Positions 1-13,435 of a stretch of 43,403 nt of DNA are shown here, in pieces. The notes under the pieces are model-generated. The model was not told where the DNA came from. It searched no databases and saw only the letters and a program-made list of their open reading frames with translations. The stretch is from Eledone cirrhosa. Its lineage: Eukaryota. Made by a program: the position numbers and the translations under genes. The stretch is taken from NCBI GenBank assembly GCA_964016885.1, contig CAXHJY010000423.1, positions 1 through 43,403 on the forward strand, in the 5' to 3' direction. Each line of letters begins with the position of its first letter. The first letter of the stretch is position 1.

Positions 1-63
1 TGGAAAGAAGAGATGCAATGAAAAATCACTTTCGGTGAAAGATAAACGGAATACAGAGTCAAG

Positions 64-281
64 ATAAAATATTAAAAAAATAATGAATAAAACAATGAAA
101 CAGTTCCCTATATTAAACAAAAAAAGTTCATTATTTAACGATCGTTTCTAGGATATATATGTGTTAGAATTGGCATGCATATTCAACAGATCTATGTACA
201 AAATTATACAAAATTATACAAACTATCAAAATTAAATATACATACCAAACACATATATATGCCGTCTTCAGAAATAATGAA
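64..281 (-). repeat. Dispersed repeat (Penelope pLTR-like segment), copy 1; second copy at 13921-14133
   Basis: ATAAAATATTAAA...AACGATCGTTTCTAGGATATATATGTGTTAGAATTGGCATGC...GCCGTCTTCAGAAATAAT is found again with a few substitutions/indels at 13921-14133. It contains a hammerhead-like core on the minus strand. Confidence 0.85.
127..281 (-). ncRNA. Type-I hammerhead-like ribozyme with a greatly extended stem II
   Basis: Minus strand reads TTCATTATTT-CTGAAGA-cggcATATATATGTGTT...(~80 nt)...AACACATATATATccta-GAAA-CGATCG-TT-AAATAATGAA. Stem I is 10 bp, the stem II core is 13 bp, and stem III is the palindrome CGATCG. The base of stem II is imperfect. Confidence 0.6.
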
Positions 282-872
282 ATATATTTATTGATAATAA
301 CAACAATTCAAAATTTCAGGTCTGTTTGGGAACAGAGTTCAAATTGACCAATGAAAATACAAAAAGTTTATTCAGTTAGGTGTGTGTATATACATGTAAG
401 TAACTTCGTTCACAGATATGCATAAAGATATATGTTCACATGCATACGCATGCCAAAAAGATGTATGTAAATACAAAAATTCAAGGCTAATGTCTCTGTA
501 AGTTTATAATCTACAGATAAAATGCGTATACACACATAAATATAAAATAAATATATACACACACATTCATATACTCACACATATTCGTACATTCACACAC
601 ACACGCGCGCATACGCATAAACATACACATAACCACAAACATACATACACACATACACCCCCACACACATATATGTGTATATACTATTATCATAAGCATA
701 TGGACATTAATGCACGCACATAAACACTGCCACACATATTTAGATCCAGATACAGAAATTAGGTGGGGGGGGGGGAGAGGTCAGTATTCAACGGTGTCAG
801 CAGACTGCCTATTTATAAATGTATCTATAAACTTAGAAATAAAAAGAAAAGAAAAAGAAATATATCAAGAAA

Positions 873-1233
873 ATATATATATATATATACACACATACAC
901 ACATACACACACACACACACACACATAAATATACATATATATATACACATATATATATATATATATATACATATATACATATACACACACATACATATAT
1001 ACATCTAAACAAGTAAAATATAAAATATACATCGATATACATACATATACATATATATATATATATACACACACATACACACACATACATATACATACAT
1101 ATACATACACATATACACAAACACATACATACACATACATATACATACACATACACATACATATAGAGACACATACATATACACATATAAATACATAGAC
1201 ATATACACATATACACACATACACATACATACC

Positions 1234-1283
<50 letters not shown>

Positions 1284-1290
1284 CACACAT

Positions 1291-1355
<65 letters not shown>

Positions 1356-1680
1356 CACACACTCACATATATATGCGCACATATACATATATATACACAT
1401 ATATATACACATATACACATATATACACATAGACATATACATGTGCATACATGTACATACACACATATACCCACATAGATACATAGATACACATATATAT
1501 AGACATACATATACACGCACATATATACACACACATATACACATATATATATATATATACCTATATATATATATATACACACAATCATACACCCTTATAG
1601 CATGCGCACATATGTATTTTTATACTCACATACAAACACCCAAACATACATACCTACCTACATATACATACATACATCCA
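873..1680. repeat. (CA)/(TA)/(CATA) compound microsatellite
   Basis: Direct reading of the sequence. Confidence 0.95.
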
Positions 1681-1719
1681 CGCTTACAAATACAAATAAT
1701 AATAGTAGGGGGGGGGGGG

Positions 1720-2222
1720 ATTATAGTAAATATAGGTTTCAAGAAACAGAATATTAATCTGCATTTAGATCATAATGTGTTTACATAGTTTCAGTATTAG
1801 GAAATGTAAGAAAGAAGGCGAAATTATGCATTTCAATATAAGTATACCATTAATTATAGGTTAACTAAACTAAAGATAGTTAATATATTGATTTCTAAGG
1901 TGTATACTACTTAGGTTTATAATATTTGAAGCAGAATTTTGAAGTTAAATAGTAGTAGAGTATTAATTATAGTATAACTAAATTAAAGTTAATAACGTTA
2001 TGGTATCAATATTAGGAAATGAATTTAGTAATAGGGAAAAAATAAATAAAGTATTACATCGGTAGTAGAATATAAATTATAGGTTAACTAAATTAAAAAT
2101 TATATATTAATTTCTATAGTATATGTTAATTAGGTTTATAATAATTAAAACAGATATTGTATTTTATCTATAGTAGAATATAATTATAGGTAAACAGAAA
2201 TTAAAATTAATACATACACATA

Positions 2223-2253
<31 letters not shown>

Positions 2254-2742
2254 ATGTATACACACATACATATACATATACATACATATACATATTTTTT
2301 CAAAAATTGCAAAGAATATATTAACTAGGTATACATCCAAAACCTATCTCATTCTATGATTACATGACACTCTGCAATCCATCTGTATTAGGATACTAAT
2401 TTTAAATTTTTAGGTTGACCAAATTTAAAACCAAATTATAAATATATTTCTAAAATGTACATTAATTAGGTCTATAATACTAAAAATTATTTCTCTGTCA
2501 TTGAATACAAGATATTTTGTTATATTTTATCTGTAAAGGAATTTTAATAAAAGGTTAAATAAATTAAAATTAATCTATAAATTAATTTACTAAGTATATA
2601 TTAGTAATATTTAAAAGTTTTTCACAATTTATGATTACACAATATTTTATAATCTCATCTGTAGTAGAATTTTAATTAAATTAAATTTATAGGTTAACTA
2701 ACATTTAAATTAAATTATATATTAATTTCTAAAATAATGTTA
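1720..2742 (-). repeat. AT-rich PLE 3' region built of degenerate ~110-bp repeats
   Basis: TTATAGGTTAACTAA...ATTAATTTCTA...TTAGGTTTATAAT recurs at ~1855, ~2078 and ~2688 with weaker copies between. The last copy overlaps the ORF end (KYYKPN*). Confidence 0.55.
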
Positions 2743-3515
2743 TTAATTAGGTTTATAATATTTAAATGTTTTTCTTAGTTTATGATTACACGATATAATT
2801 AATTCCTGTCGTTTATTTAATAGGATATCCTTAGATTTCATTATTTCAAATAGTTCTTGGGAACATAATCTACATTCATTTCTATTATTTTGATAAGGGG
2901 TGGCTCTTTTGAGCACACTCCAGGTCAAATCATATTCTATATTCTTATTTTTATAACTATTGATTTTTTCTGCTAGAGATGTTGTATTAGCCAGTGCGGC
3001 ATTTTTAAAAAACTATGTTTGTGGGTATTAAACCTTGCCTTAAAATTGTTAGAAGTAGCTCCTATATATGAGCAAATAGAATCTTTAGTTTTAACATTAC
3101 ATTTATAAACTATGTTGTTAACAAGACAATTTCCTTTTAATGGGCAGTTTGCTTTGTTTCTACAGTTACAACCTTTCGTTAATTCTGTATTTGAGGAGAT
3201 ATTATGGTTAGTTTGATGTATTGGTGGTATACTTATGGTTTTCTTACATTTATATGCATTATAGGCACTTATATTTTGTTTTATGTTATTTGTTGTTGAG
3301 TATGAGAATTTAACTGTAGACCTATTTAAGATTTGATGGTATTTGTGGTTTGGCGGGAAGTTTTTCTCTAGGATATAAACATTTTTTTTAGCAATATTAT
3401 CTTTAATTTGTAAATTAAATGGAGCATTATACCAAGTAACCCGTCTATTACGGTTTCTAGGTTGTTTATTATTTTTATAGGTTGTATCGTGATGTTTACT
3501 AGGAGGATTAATGTT
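2743..3515 (-). pseudogene. Penelope-like element (PLE) C-terminal fragment: linker, Cys-rich motif and GIY-YIG endonuclease; 5'-truncated and frameshifted
   Basis: ORF pieces read RRVTWYNAPFN...NFPPNHKYHQILNRSTVKFSYS, CNCRNKANCPLKGNCL, IVYKC...SYIGATSNNFKARFNTHKHSF and CRLCSQE...LLNKRQELIISCNH. These match the C-terminus of GIY-YIG PLEs (Naiad-like pattern, by recollection). There is a frameshift near 3000 and another near 3385, and the 5' side is lost into (TA)n. Confidence 0.85.
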
Positions 3516-3604
3516 AATGATATATATATATATATATATATATGTATATGTATATATATATATGTATATGTATATGTATATATATATGTATATATATATG
3601 TATA

Positions 3605-4208
3605 GGTCACCAGTTGGTGCTACTGGTAACATGTATCCCAGTACAACCTGTCCCATGGTCGGGTCGTTGGCGACTAAACTGGCAACCCCACCAAGGTTTC
3701 TTGGTGAGGAGGGTGACTTTGGACATCCTGCAGGACTAAAAACAAAACCTGTCAAAGGGCAAAGGAGCTCTTAAGAGTCAATGGCCATCCAAAATCACCG
3801 GGAGAGATGACCCCTTAGCCTTTGTCAAGGCAGAATTCTAGGAGAAGGAAAACTCTGATATAACACCTGCAACCCTGATGGTATCCAATGATGTTGACTT
3901 GTTCTTCTTTTTGGTAAATATCATCTTGGTTAAGAGAGTGGGACTGGCTTTGTGCAGTGCCTTTGCTCACTATAAAAGCTTCACGGCACAGGCATTGCTT
4001 TATATCTGGAGATCTCTCTGCACTTGTCGTCACATGGTACCATGGGCCCAGCACTATGTGTCAGTAATTGTCACAAGTGTAGTGTTTGTACCAGAGTTTT
4101 CAAGTCGCTGGCTGGACTAAAAAGTCACACGCGTTCAGCGCATCGGTAGGGGTTCTCCTACATGGATATAAAGTAGTGGCCGTACTCGAAAACGAGTTGG
4201 CAGCCACC
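3605..4208 (+). mobile_element. Non-autonomous RTE-type short element, copy 1 (5' third inverted)
   Basis: Highly similar to 25477-26054 and 39929-40528. It has the RTE-5'UTR-like motif CTAGGAGAAGGAAAACTCTGA and a relic C2H2 finger at 4066-4149 ([27 protein letters not shown]). A CTCG-AAAA-CGAG stem-loop lies near the 3' end, which runs into (TA)n. Confidence 0.8.
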
Positions 4209-6867
4209 ATATATGTATATATATATGTATATATATATGTATATATATATGTATATATATATGTATATGTATATATATATGTATATGTATATGTATATGT
4301 ATGTATATGTATGTATATGTGTATATATATATGTATATATATATGTATATGTATGTATATGTATGTATATGTATGTATATGTGTATATATATATGTGTAT
4401 ATATATATGTGTATATATATATGTGTATATATATATGTGTATGTATATATATGTATGTATATATATATGTATATATATATGTATATATATATGTATATAT
4501 ATATGTATATATATATGTATATATATATGTATATATATATGTATATATATATGTATATATATATGTATATATATATGTATATATATATGTATATATATAT
4601 GTATATATATATGTATATATATATGTATATATATATGTATATATATATGTATATATATATGTATATATATATGTATATATATATGTATATATATATGTAT
4701 ATATATATGTATATATATATGTATGTATATATATATGTATGTATATATATATGTATATATATATGTATATATATATGTATATATATATGTATATATATAT
4801 GTATATATATATGTATATATATATGTATATATATATGTATATATATATGTATATATATATGTATATATATATGTATATATATATGTATATATATATGTAT
4901 ATATATATGTATATATATATGTATATATATATGTATATATATATGTATATATATGTGTATATATATGTGTATATATATGTGTATATATGTGTGTATATAT
5001 GTGTGTATATATGTGTGTATATATGTGTGTATATATGTGTGTATATATGTGTGTATATATGTGTATATATATGTGTGTATATATGTATGTATATATGTAT
5101 GTATATATGTATGTATATATGTATGTATATATGTATGTATATATGTATGTATATATGTATGTATATATGTATGTATATATGTATGTATATATATATGTAT
5201 ATATATATGTATATATATATGTATATATATATGTATATATATATGTATATATATATGTATATATATATGTATATATATATGTATATATATATGTATATAT
5301 ATATGTATATATATATGTATATATATATGTATATATATATGTATATATATGTGTATATATATATGTATATATATGTGTATATATATGTGTATATATATGT
5401 GTATATATATGTGTATATATATGTGTATATATATGTGTATATATATGTGTATATATATGTGTATATATATGTGTATATATATGTGTATATATATGTGTAT
5501 ATATATGTGTATATATATGTGTATATATATGTGTATATATATGTGTATATATATTTGTGTATATGTATATGTGTATATGTATATGTGTATATATATATAT
5601 GTATATATATATATGTATATATATATATGTATATATGTATATATATATATGTATATATGTATATATGTATATATATATATGTATATATGTATATGTATAT
5701 ATGTATATATATATATGTATATATGTATATGTATATATGTATATATGTATATATATATATGTGTATATGTATATGTGTATATGTATATGTGTATATGTGT
5801 ATATGTATATGTGTATATGTATATGTGTATATGTGTATATGTATATGTGTATATGTATATGTGTATATGTATATATATATATGTATATATATATATGTAT
5901 ATATATATATGTATATATATATATGTATATATATATATATGTATATATATATATGTATATATGTATATATATATATGTATATATATATATGTATATATAT
6001 ATATGTATATATGTATATATATATATGTATATATATATATGTATATATATATATGTATATATGTATATACGTATATATGTATATATATATATGTATATAT
6101 ATATATGTATATATGTATATACGTATATATGTATATATATGTATATATATATATGTATATATGTATATATATATATGTATATATGTATATACGTATATAT
6201 GTATATATATGTATATATATATATGTATATATGTATATATATATATGTATATATGTATATATATATATGTATATATGTATATACGTATATATGTATATGT
6301 ATATATATGTATATGTATATATGTATGTATGTATATATATATGTATGTATATATATATGTATATATATATGTATGTATATATATATGTATGTATATATAT
6401 ATGTATATATATATGTATGTATATATATATGTATGTATATATATATGTATATATATATGTATATATATATATGTATATATATGTATATGTATATATATGT
6501 ATATGTATATATATGTATATGTATATATATATGTATGTATATATATATATATATATGTAAATATATATATATGTAAATATATATATATGTAAATATATAT
6601 ATATGTAAATATATATATATGTAAATATATGTATATGTATATATATGTATATGTATATATATGTATATGTATATATATGTATATGTATATATATGTATAT
6701 ATATGTATATATATGTATATATATGTATATATATGTATATGTATATATATATGTATATGTATATATATATGTATGTATATATATATGTATATATATATAT
6801 ATGTATATGTATATATATATGTATATGTATATATATATGTATATGTATATATATATATATGTATATG

Positions 6868-6938
<71 letters not shown>

Positions 6939-6945
6939 GTATATG

Positions 6946-7019
<74 letters not shown>

Positions 7020-7050
7020 TTTATGTATATATATATTTATATATATATTT
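4209..7050. repeat. (TA)n/(TATG) compound microsatellite including long runs of a 10-12-bp TATATATATG-type unit
   Basis: Direct reading of the sequence. Confidence 0.97.
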
Positions 7051-9446
7051 ATCCCAACTAGTGCTCGAACCAACGAGGTGCCACAAAAACGTCCTAGACT
7101 TAATTTTCAGCAATCACACTGACAATATCCACAATATTGCAGTGGAGAAAACTCTACTCTCTGATCATGACATGGTTCTCTGTGATCTGAGATTCCACCG
7201 TCCAATATACAAACCCAATGTCATCTCTCCTGTCCATTCGTTTGACGCTATGGATTTCCACAATGCAAACTGGGAAGCGATCAGTCATGATCTTGCACAT
7301 GTCGACTGGTCCTTCACGCACACTCATACACCCACTAACATCAAAAAGTCCTGGCAGACATTTGTGGACACTGTTACAAACATATGTGCAACACACACCC
7401 CATTAAGAACTATAAACAAATCTAAGAGCAGAATCCCTAGAAATAGAAAAACTCTCATCAGAAAAATTAAGAGAACGAACAAAAAAATCAACAAGCTGAA
7501 ATACTGTCAGCAGCAACACATCAACTTGACTGCCATTTCATCACTAGAGATTAAAAAACATAACCTCCAAAACAACATAATGTCCCTCATCAACAATCAG
7601 AGAAGAGCTGAAGAGGCCTGGGCCATTGAGAAGATCAAACTCAATCCCAAAGTGTTCTTTTCATTTGCAAAAAAACACAAAATCACTGGCTCTACTGTTG
7701 GCCCTCTAATTGATGAAAATGGCACTCTTCAAGACAATGCTAAAACCATGGGTGAGATACTGCAGAAACAATACTGCTCTGTTTTCAGCAATCCTGATAT
7801 GGCCGATCTGGGCTGTATCGGCGATGTTACTCCCCATTACACCTTATCGGACATAACGTTTGGCGCCCCTGATGTCTTGGCGGCAATAAAGGAAATCAAG
7901 CATAATTCAGCAGTAGGTCCCGATAGGTTCCCTGCTTGTGTCTTGAAGGCGTGCGTGTCAACACCAACTTGCTTCTCCTCTTGCCAATCTGTGGCGGAAC
8001 TCACTGGATGCTGGATATGTGCCAGAAAACCTATCCCAGTCTGTTGTCCCAGTTTTCAAAAAGGGAAACAAATCCCTTGCCGTGAATTACCGTCCAATCT
8101 CACTCACCTCTCATATCATTAAGGTATTTGAGCGAGTGGTGAGATCGCGAATGACCCACTTCCTTGAGAGTAACAATATGCTGAACTCCAACCAGCATGG
8201 ATTCCGTAATGGAAGGGATTGCCTGACGCAACTACTGCATCACTTTGATGACATTTTGAGAGCCTTGGGAGAGGGTTCCAACACTGATGTTATCTACCTT
8301 GATTTCAGCAAGGCCTTTGACAGGGTTGATCATAACATTCTACTGAGAAAGCTGTCCAATATTGGTGTCACTGGAAAGCTGCTGCAGTGGATCAAGAGCT
8401 TCCTGTCAAATAGAACCCAACATGTAGTTGAAGGAGTCAAATCCAGCCCAGCCAAAGTCAGTAGTGGGGTCCCACAAGGCACTGTGTTGGGCCCACTTCT
8501 CTTCATCATCTATATTAATGACATCACTGACATCATCAAACACAGCAACATTAAAATTTTCGCTGATGATTCCAAGCTCCAAAAGGTCATCAATGGCGTG
8601 GATGACCGGATAAGCCTTCAGTCAGACCTACTGGCTGTTACCCAATGGGCGGAAAACAACAACATGTTACTGAACGAAGACAAATTCGAACTGATCCACT
8701 TTGGAAAAGAGGATGCTCTGAAACTCCCGTACTCCCTTCCCTCCGGGGAAACTCTCGTGGCATCTAACAACATCAGAGACTTGGGAGTAACCGTGGACAG
8801 CAACATAAGCTGGGCCACGCATATAAGCAGCAAAGTTGACATGGCCCGCAGAATGTGTTCCTGGATCCTCAGAACCTTCCAGTCGAGAGATTCCCACACC
8901 ATTATCCTTCTCTTCTCTACTTTTGCCCGACCACACCTTGAATACTGTTGTCCACTGTGGTCTCCCCACACGAAACAAAGTATCATGAAACTTGAAGCTC
9001 CTCAAAGGGCAATCACGAAAAAGATAGATGGCATGTCAGACCTTGACTACTGGGGTCGACTAGAAAAGCTGAAACTTTACTCACTCCAACGTCGCCGTGA
9101 GCGTTATATTATCTGCATGATGTGGAAAATGTTCCATCATCACTGCCCAAATGATGTTGGCATCGCCTTCAAGATACACCCAAGGCTTGGGCCCCGTGCT
9201 ATCCGTCCCATTCAAAAATCTAAATCGCAACTCATAACAACAATACGGCACAACTATTTCACCTCAATCTGCCCGGCTCTCTTCAACATCACACCAGGAC
9301 ACGTCAAAACAGAAACTGACCACACAAAATTCAAGAAGTCTTTGGACAAATTCTTCCAAGTAATCCCGGACAAACCACCCACACCCGGATATGTCTCCGC
9401 AAACAGTAATTCTCTTCTCGAATGGGCCATGGTGCCCAAATCCTGA
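7049..9446 (+). pseudogene. CR1-group ORF2 (EN-RT), broken by one frameshift
   Basis: ORFs 6629..8122 and 8019..9446 join if the 4-bp duplication GCGT|GCGT at 7949-7956 is removed, which restores [28 protein letters not shown]. Confidence 0.88.
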
Positions 9447-9522
9447 ATTGAAAGACTTCGCCAGGTGGTGCTATTAAGTTAGACATGGCCTGGGCCAATA
9501 CTGGCCAAAACATTTCAAAGTT

Positions 9523-9523
<1 letters not shown>
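7049..9523 (+). mobile_element. CR1-group LINE, 5'-truncated (end of APE endonuclease, RT, 3' UTR)
   Basis: Motifs are [20 protein letters not shown] (APE C-terminus), [61 protein letters not shown] and PDKP...NSNSL. A short 3' UTR follows the stop at 9446. Confidence 0.92.
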
Positions 9524-10658
<1,135 letters not shown>

Positions 10659-10918
10659 GTTAAATAAGAAAATTAAAAAAAAAAAAAAAAAAAAAATTAA
10701 CTTACTTAAATTTTCACTCCAACTAATTAGTTTCTGCAATGGGATAAAGACAGTTACGTAATGAACCGTTGAGAATTTCATTGCGTCATCAGGGAGGTCA
10801 TTATATATATATACATATATATATATATATACATATATATATACATGTATGTATATGTATATATATATACATATATATATACATGTATATATATATATAT
10901 ATTCATACATATATATAC

Positions 10919-11007
<89 letters not shown>

Positions 11008-11187
11008 CATATATGTATATATATATATATTGGAATAAATGCTCTGAAATAGCGATATATATATGAATATAGACATAGAATATTCGAAAATATTCTGTAT
11101 GTTTATAATAAACATTTTGAAGACCTAATCACTATAGAATAGAATACGTCACGTATTACAATTAGATTCTCGATAAAAGCAAGGGAA

Positions 11188-11230
11188 GTAATCTACGCGT
11201 TTCATTCTTGTTAGAATTCATCAGGACTAC
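11188..11230 (-). ncRNA. Minimal type-I hammerhead ribozyme (array copy 1)
   Basis: Minus strand reads GTAGTC-CTGATGA-ATTCT-AACA-AGAAT-GAAA-CGCG-TA^GATTAC. Confidence 0.9.
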
Positions 11231-11497
11231 ATATCCAGTGCTTTTATCGAGAATGACACAGCTAGAGACTTATAGAATACTTAGCTGTGTACAGGAACTG
11301 GTTTGAAAGAGCGGTTGCCGGTCCGGCAGAAATTAGAAATTGGAATAAATGCTCTGAAATAGCGATATATATATGAATATAGACATAGAATATTCGAAAA
11401 TATTCTGTATGTTTATAATAAACATTTTGAAGACCTAATCACTATAGAATAGAATACGTCACGTATTACAATTAGATTCTCGATAAAAGCAAGGGAA

Positions 11498-11540
11498 GTA
11501 ATCTACGCGTTTCATTCTTGTTAGAATTCATCAGGACTAC
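11498..11540 (-). ncRNA. Minimal type-I hammerhead ribozyme (array copy 2)
   Basis: Same motif as copy 1. Confidence 0.9.
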
Positions 11541-11807
11541 ATATCCAGTGCTTTTATCGAGAATGACACAGCTAGAGACTTATAGAATACTTAGCTGTGT
11601 ACAGGAACTGGTTTGAAAGAGCGGTTGCCGGTCCGGCAGAAATTAGAAATTGGAATAAATGCTCTGAAATAGCGATATATATATGAATATAGACATAGAA
11701 TATTCGAAAATATTCTGTATGTTTATAATAAACATTTTGAAGACCTAATCACTATAGAATAGAATACGTCACGTATTACAATTAGATTCTCGATAAAAGC
11801 AAGGGAA

Positions 11808-11850
11808 GTAATCTACGCGTTTCATTCTTGTTAGAATTCATCAGGACTAC
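11808..11850 (-). ncRNA. Minimal type-I hammerhead ribozyme (array copy 3)
   Basis: Same motif as copy 1. Confidence 0.9.
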
Positions 11851-12117
11851 ATATCCAGTGCTTTTATCGAGAATGACACAGCTAGAGACTTATAGAATAC
11901 TTAGCTGTGTACAGGAACTGGTTTGAAAGAGCGGTTGCCGGTCCGGCAGAAATTAGAAATTGGAATAAATGCTCTGAAATAGCGATATATATATGAATAT
12001 AGACATAGAATATTCGAAAATATTCTGTATGTTTATAATAAACATTTTGAAGACCTAATCACTATAGAATAGAATACGTCACGTATTACAATTAGATTCT
12101 CGATAAAAGCAAGGGAA

Positions 12118-12160
12118 GTAATCTACGCGTTTCATTCTTGTTAGAATTCATCAGGACTAC
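12118..12160 (-). ncRNA. Minimal type-I hammerhead ribozyme (array copy 4)
   Basis: Same motif as copy 1. Confidence 0.9.
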
Positions 12161-12463
12161 ATATCCAGTGCTTTTATCGAGAATGACACAGCTAGAGACT
12201 TATAGAATACTTAGCTGTGTACAGGAACTGGTTTGAAAGAGCGGTTGCCGGTCCGGCAGAAATTAGAAATTGGAATAAATGCTCTGAAATAGCGATATAT
12301 ATATGAATATAGACATAGAATATATATATCGCTATTTCAGAGCATTTATTCCAATTTCTAATTTCTGCCGGACCGGCAACCGCTCTTTCAAACCAGTTCC
12401 TGTACACAGCTAAGTATTCTATAAGTCTCTAGCTGTGTCATTCTCGATAAAAGCACTGGATAT

Positions 12464-12506
12464 GTAGTCCTGATGAATTCTAACAAGAATGAAACGCGTA
12501 GATTAC
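12464..12506 (+). ncRNA. Minimal type-I hammerhead ribozyme (array copy 5)
   Basis: GTAGTC CTGATGA ATTCTAACAAGAAT GAAA CGCG TA GATTAC; predicted cleavage after 12500. Confidence 0.9.
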
Positions 12507-12773
12507 TTCCCTTGCTTTTATCGAGAATCTAATTGTAATACGTGACGTATTCTATTCTATAGTGATTAGGTCTTCAAAATGTTTATTATAAACATACAGA
12601 ATATTTTCGAATATTCTATGTCTATATTCATATATATATCGCTATTTCAGAGCATTTATTCCAATTTCTAATTTCTGCCGGACCGGCAACCGCTCTTTCA
12701 AACCAGTTCCTGTACACAGCTAAGTATTCTATAAGTCTCTAGCTGTGTCATTCTCGATAAAAGCACTGGATAT

Positions 12774-12816
12774 GTAGTCCTGATGAATTCTAACAAGAAT
12801 GAAACGCGTAGATTAC
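12774..12816 (+). ncRNA. Minimal type-I hammerhead ribozyme (array copy 6)
   Basis: Same motif; predicted cleavage after 12810. Confidence 0.9.
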
Positions 12817-13083
12817 TTCCCTTGCTTTTATCGAGAATCTAATTGTAATACGTGACGTATTCTATTCTATAGTGATTAGGTCTTCAAAATGTTTATTATA
12901 AACATACAGAATATTTTCGAATATTCTATGTCTATATTCATATATATATCGCTATTTCAGAGCATTTATTCCAATTTCTAATTTCTGCCGGACCGGCAAC
13001 CGCTCTTTCAAACCAGTTCCTGTACACAGCTAAGTATTCTATAAGTCTCTAGCTGTGTCATTCTCGATAAAAGCACTGGATAT

Positions 13084-13126
13084 GTAGTCCTGATGAATTC
13101 TAACAAGAATGAAACGCGTAGATTAC
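13084..13126 (+). ncRNA. Minimal type-I hammerhead ribozyme (array copy 7)
   Basis: Same motif; predicted cleavage after 13120. Confidence 0.9.
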
Positions 13127-13392
13127 TTCCTTGCTTTTATCGAGAATCTAATTGTAATACGTGACGTATTCTATTCTATAGTGATTAGGTCTTCAAAATG
13201 TTTATTATAAACATACAGAATATTTTCGAATATTCTATGTCTATATTCATATATATATCGCTATTTCAGAGCATTTATTCCAATCTCTAATTTCTGCCGG
13301 ACCGGCAACCGCTCTTTCAAACCAGTTCCTGTACACAGCTAAGTATTCTATAAGTCTCTAGCTGTGTCATTCTCGATAAAAGCACTGGATAT

Positions 13393-13435
13393 GTAGTCCT
13401 GATGAATTCTAACAAGAATGAAACGCGTAGATTAC
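13393..13435 (+). ncRNA. Minimal type-I hammerhead ribozyme (array copy 8)
   Basis: Same motif; predicted cleavage after 13429. Confidence 0.9.

Larger units (their letters stand above)
11031..12323 (-). mobile_element. Retrozyme-like tandem array, left arm: about 4.2 copies of a 310-bp hammerhead-containing unit
   Basis: TGGAATAAATGCTCTG recurs at 11031, 11341, 11651, 11961 and 12271 (period 310). The units appear identical, with a hammerhead on the minus strand of each full unit. Confidence 0.92.

Noticed and set aside
3815-4120. 79-80 aa ORFs repeated in the three 600-bp elements
   Set aside because: Their conservation simply follows recent repeat copying and they have no recognisable motif. 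Only the short C2H2 relic in another frame is meaningful.
10755-10800. Hammerhead candidate on the minus strand (CTGATGA-cGCAATGAA...TTCATTAC-GTAAC-TGTC)
   Set aside because: The GAAA box is altered and no stem I pairing was found. At best a decayed relic, so it is not listed as a feature.
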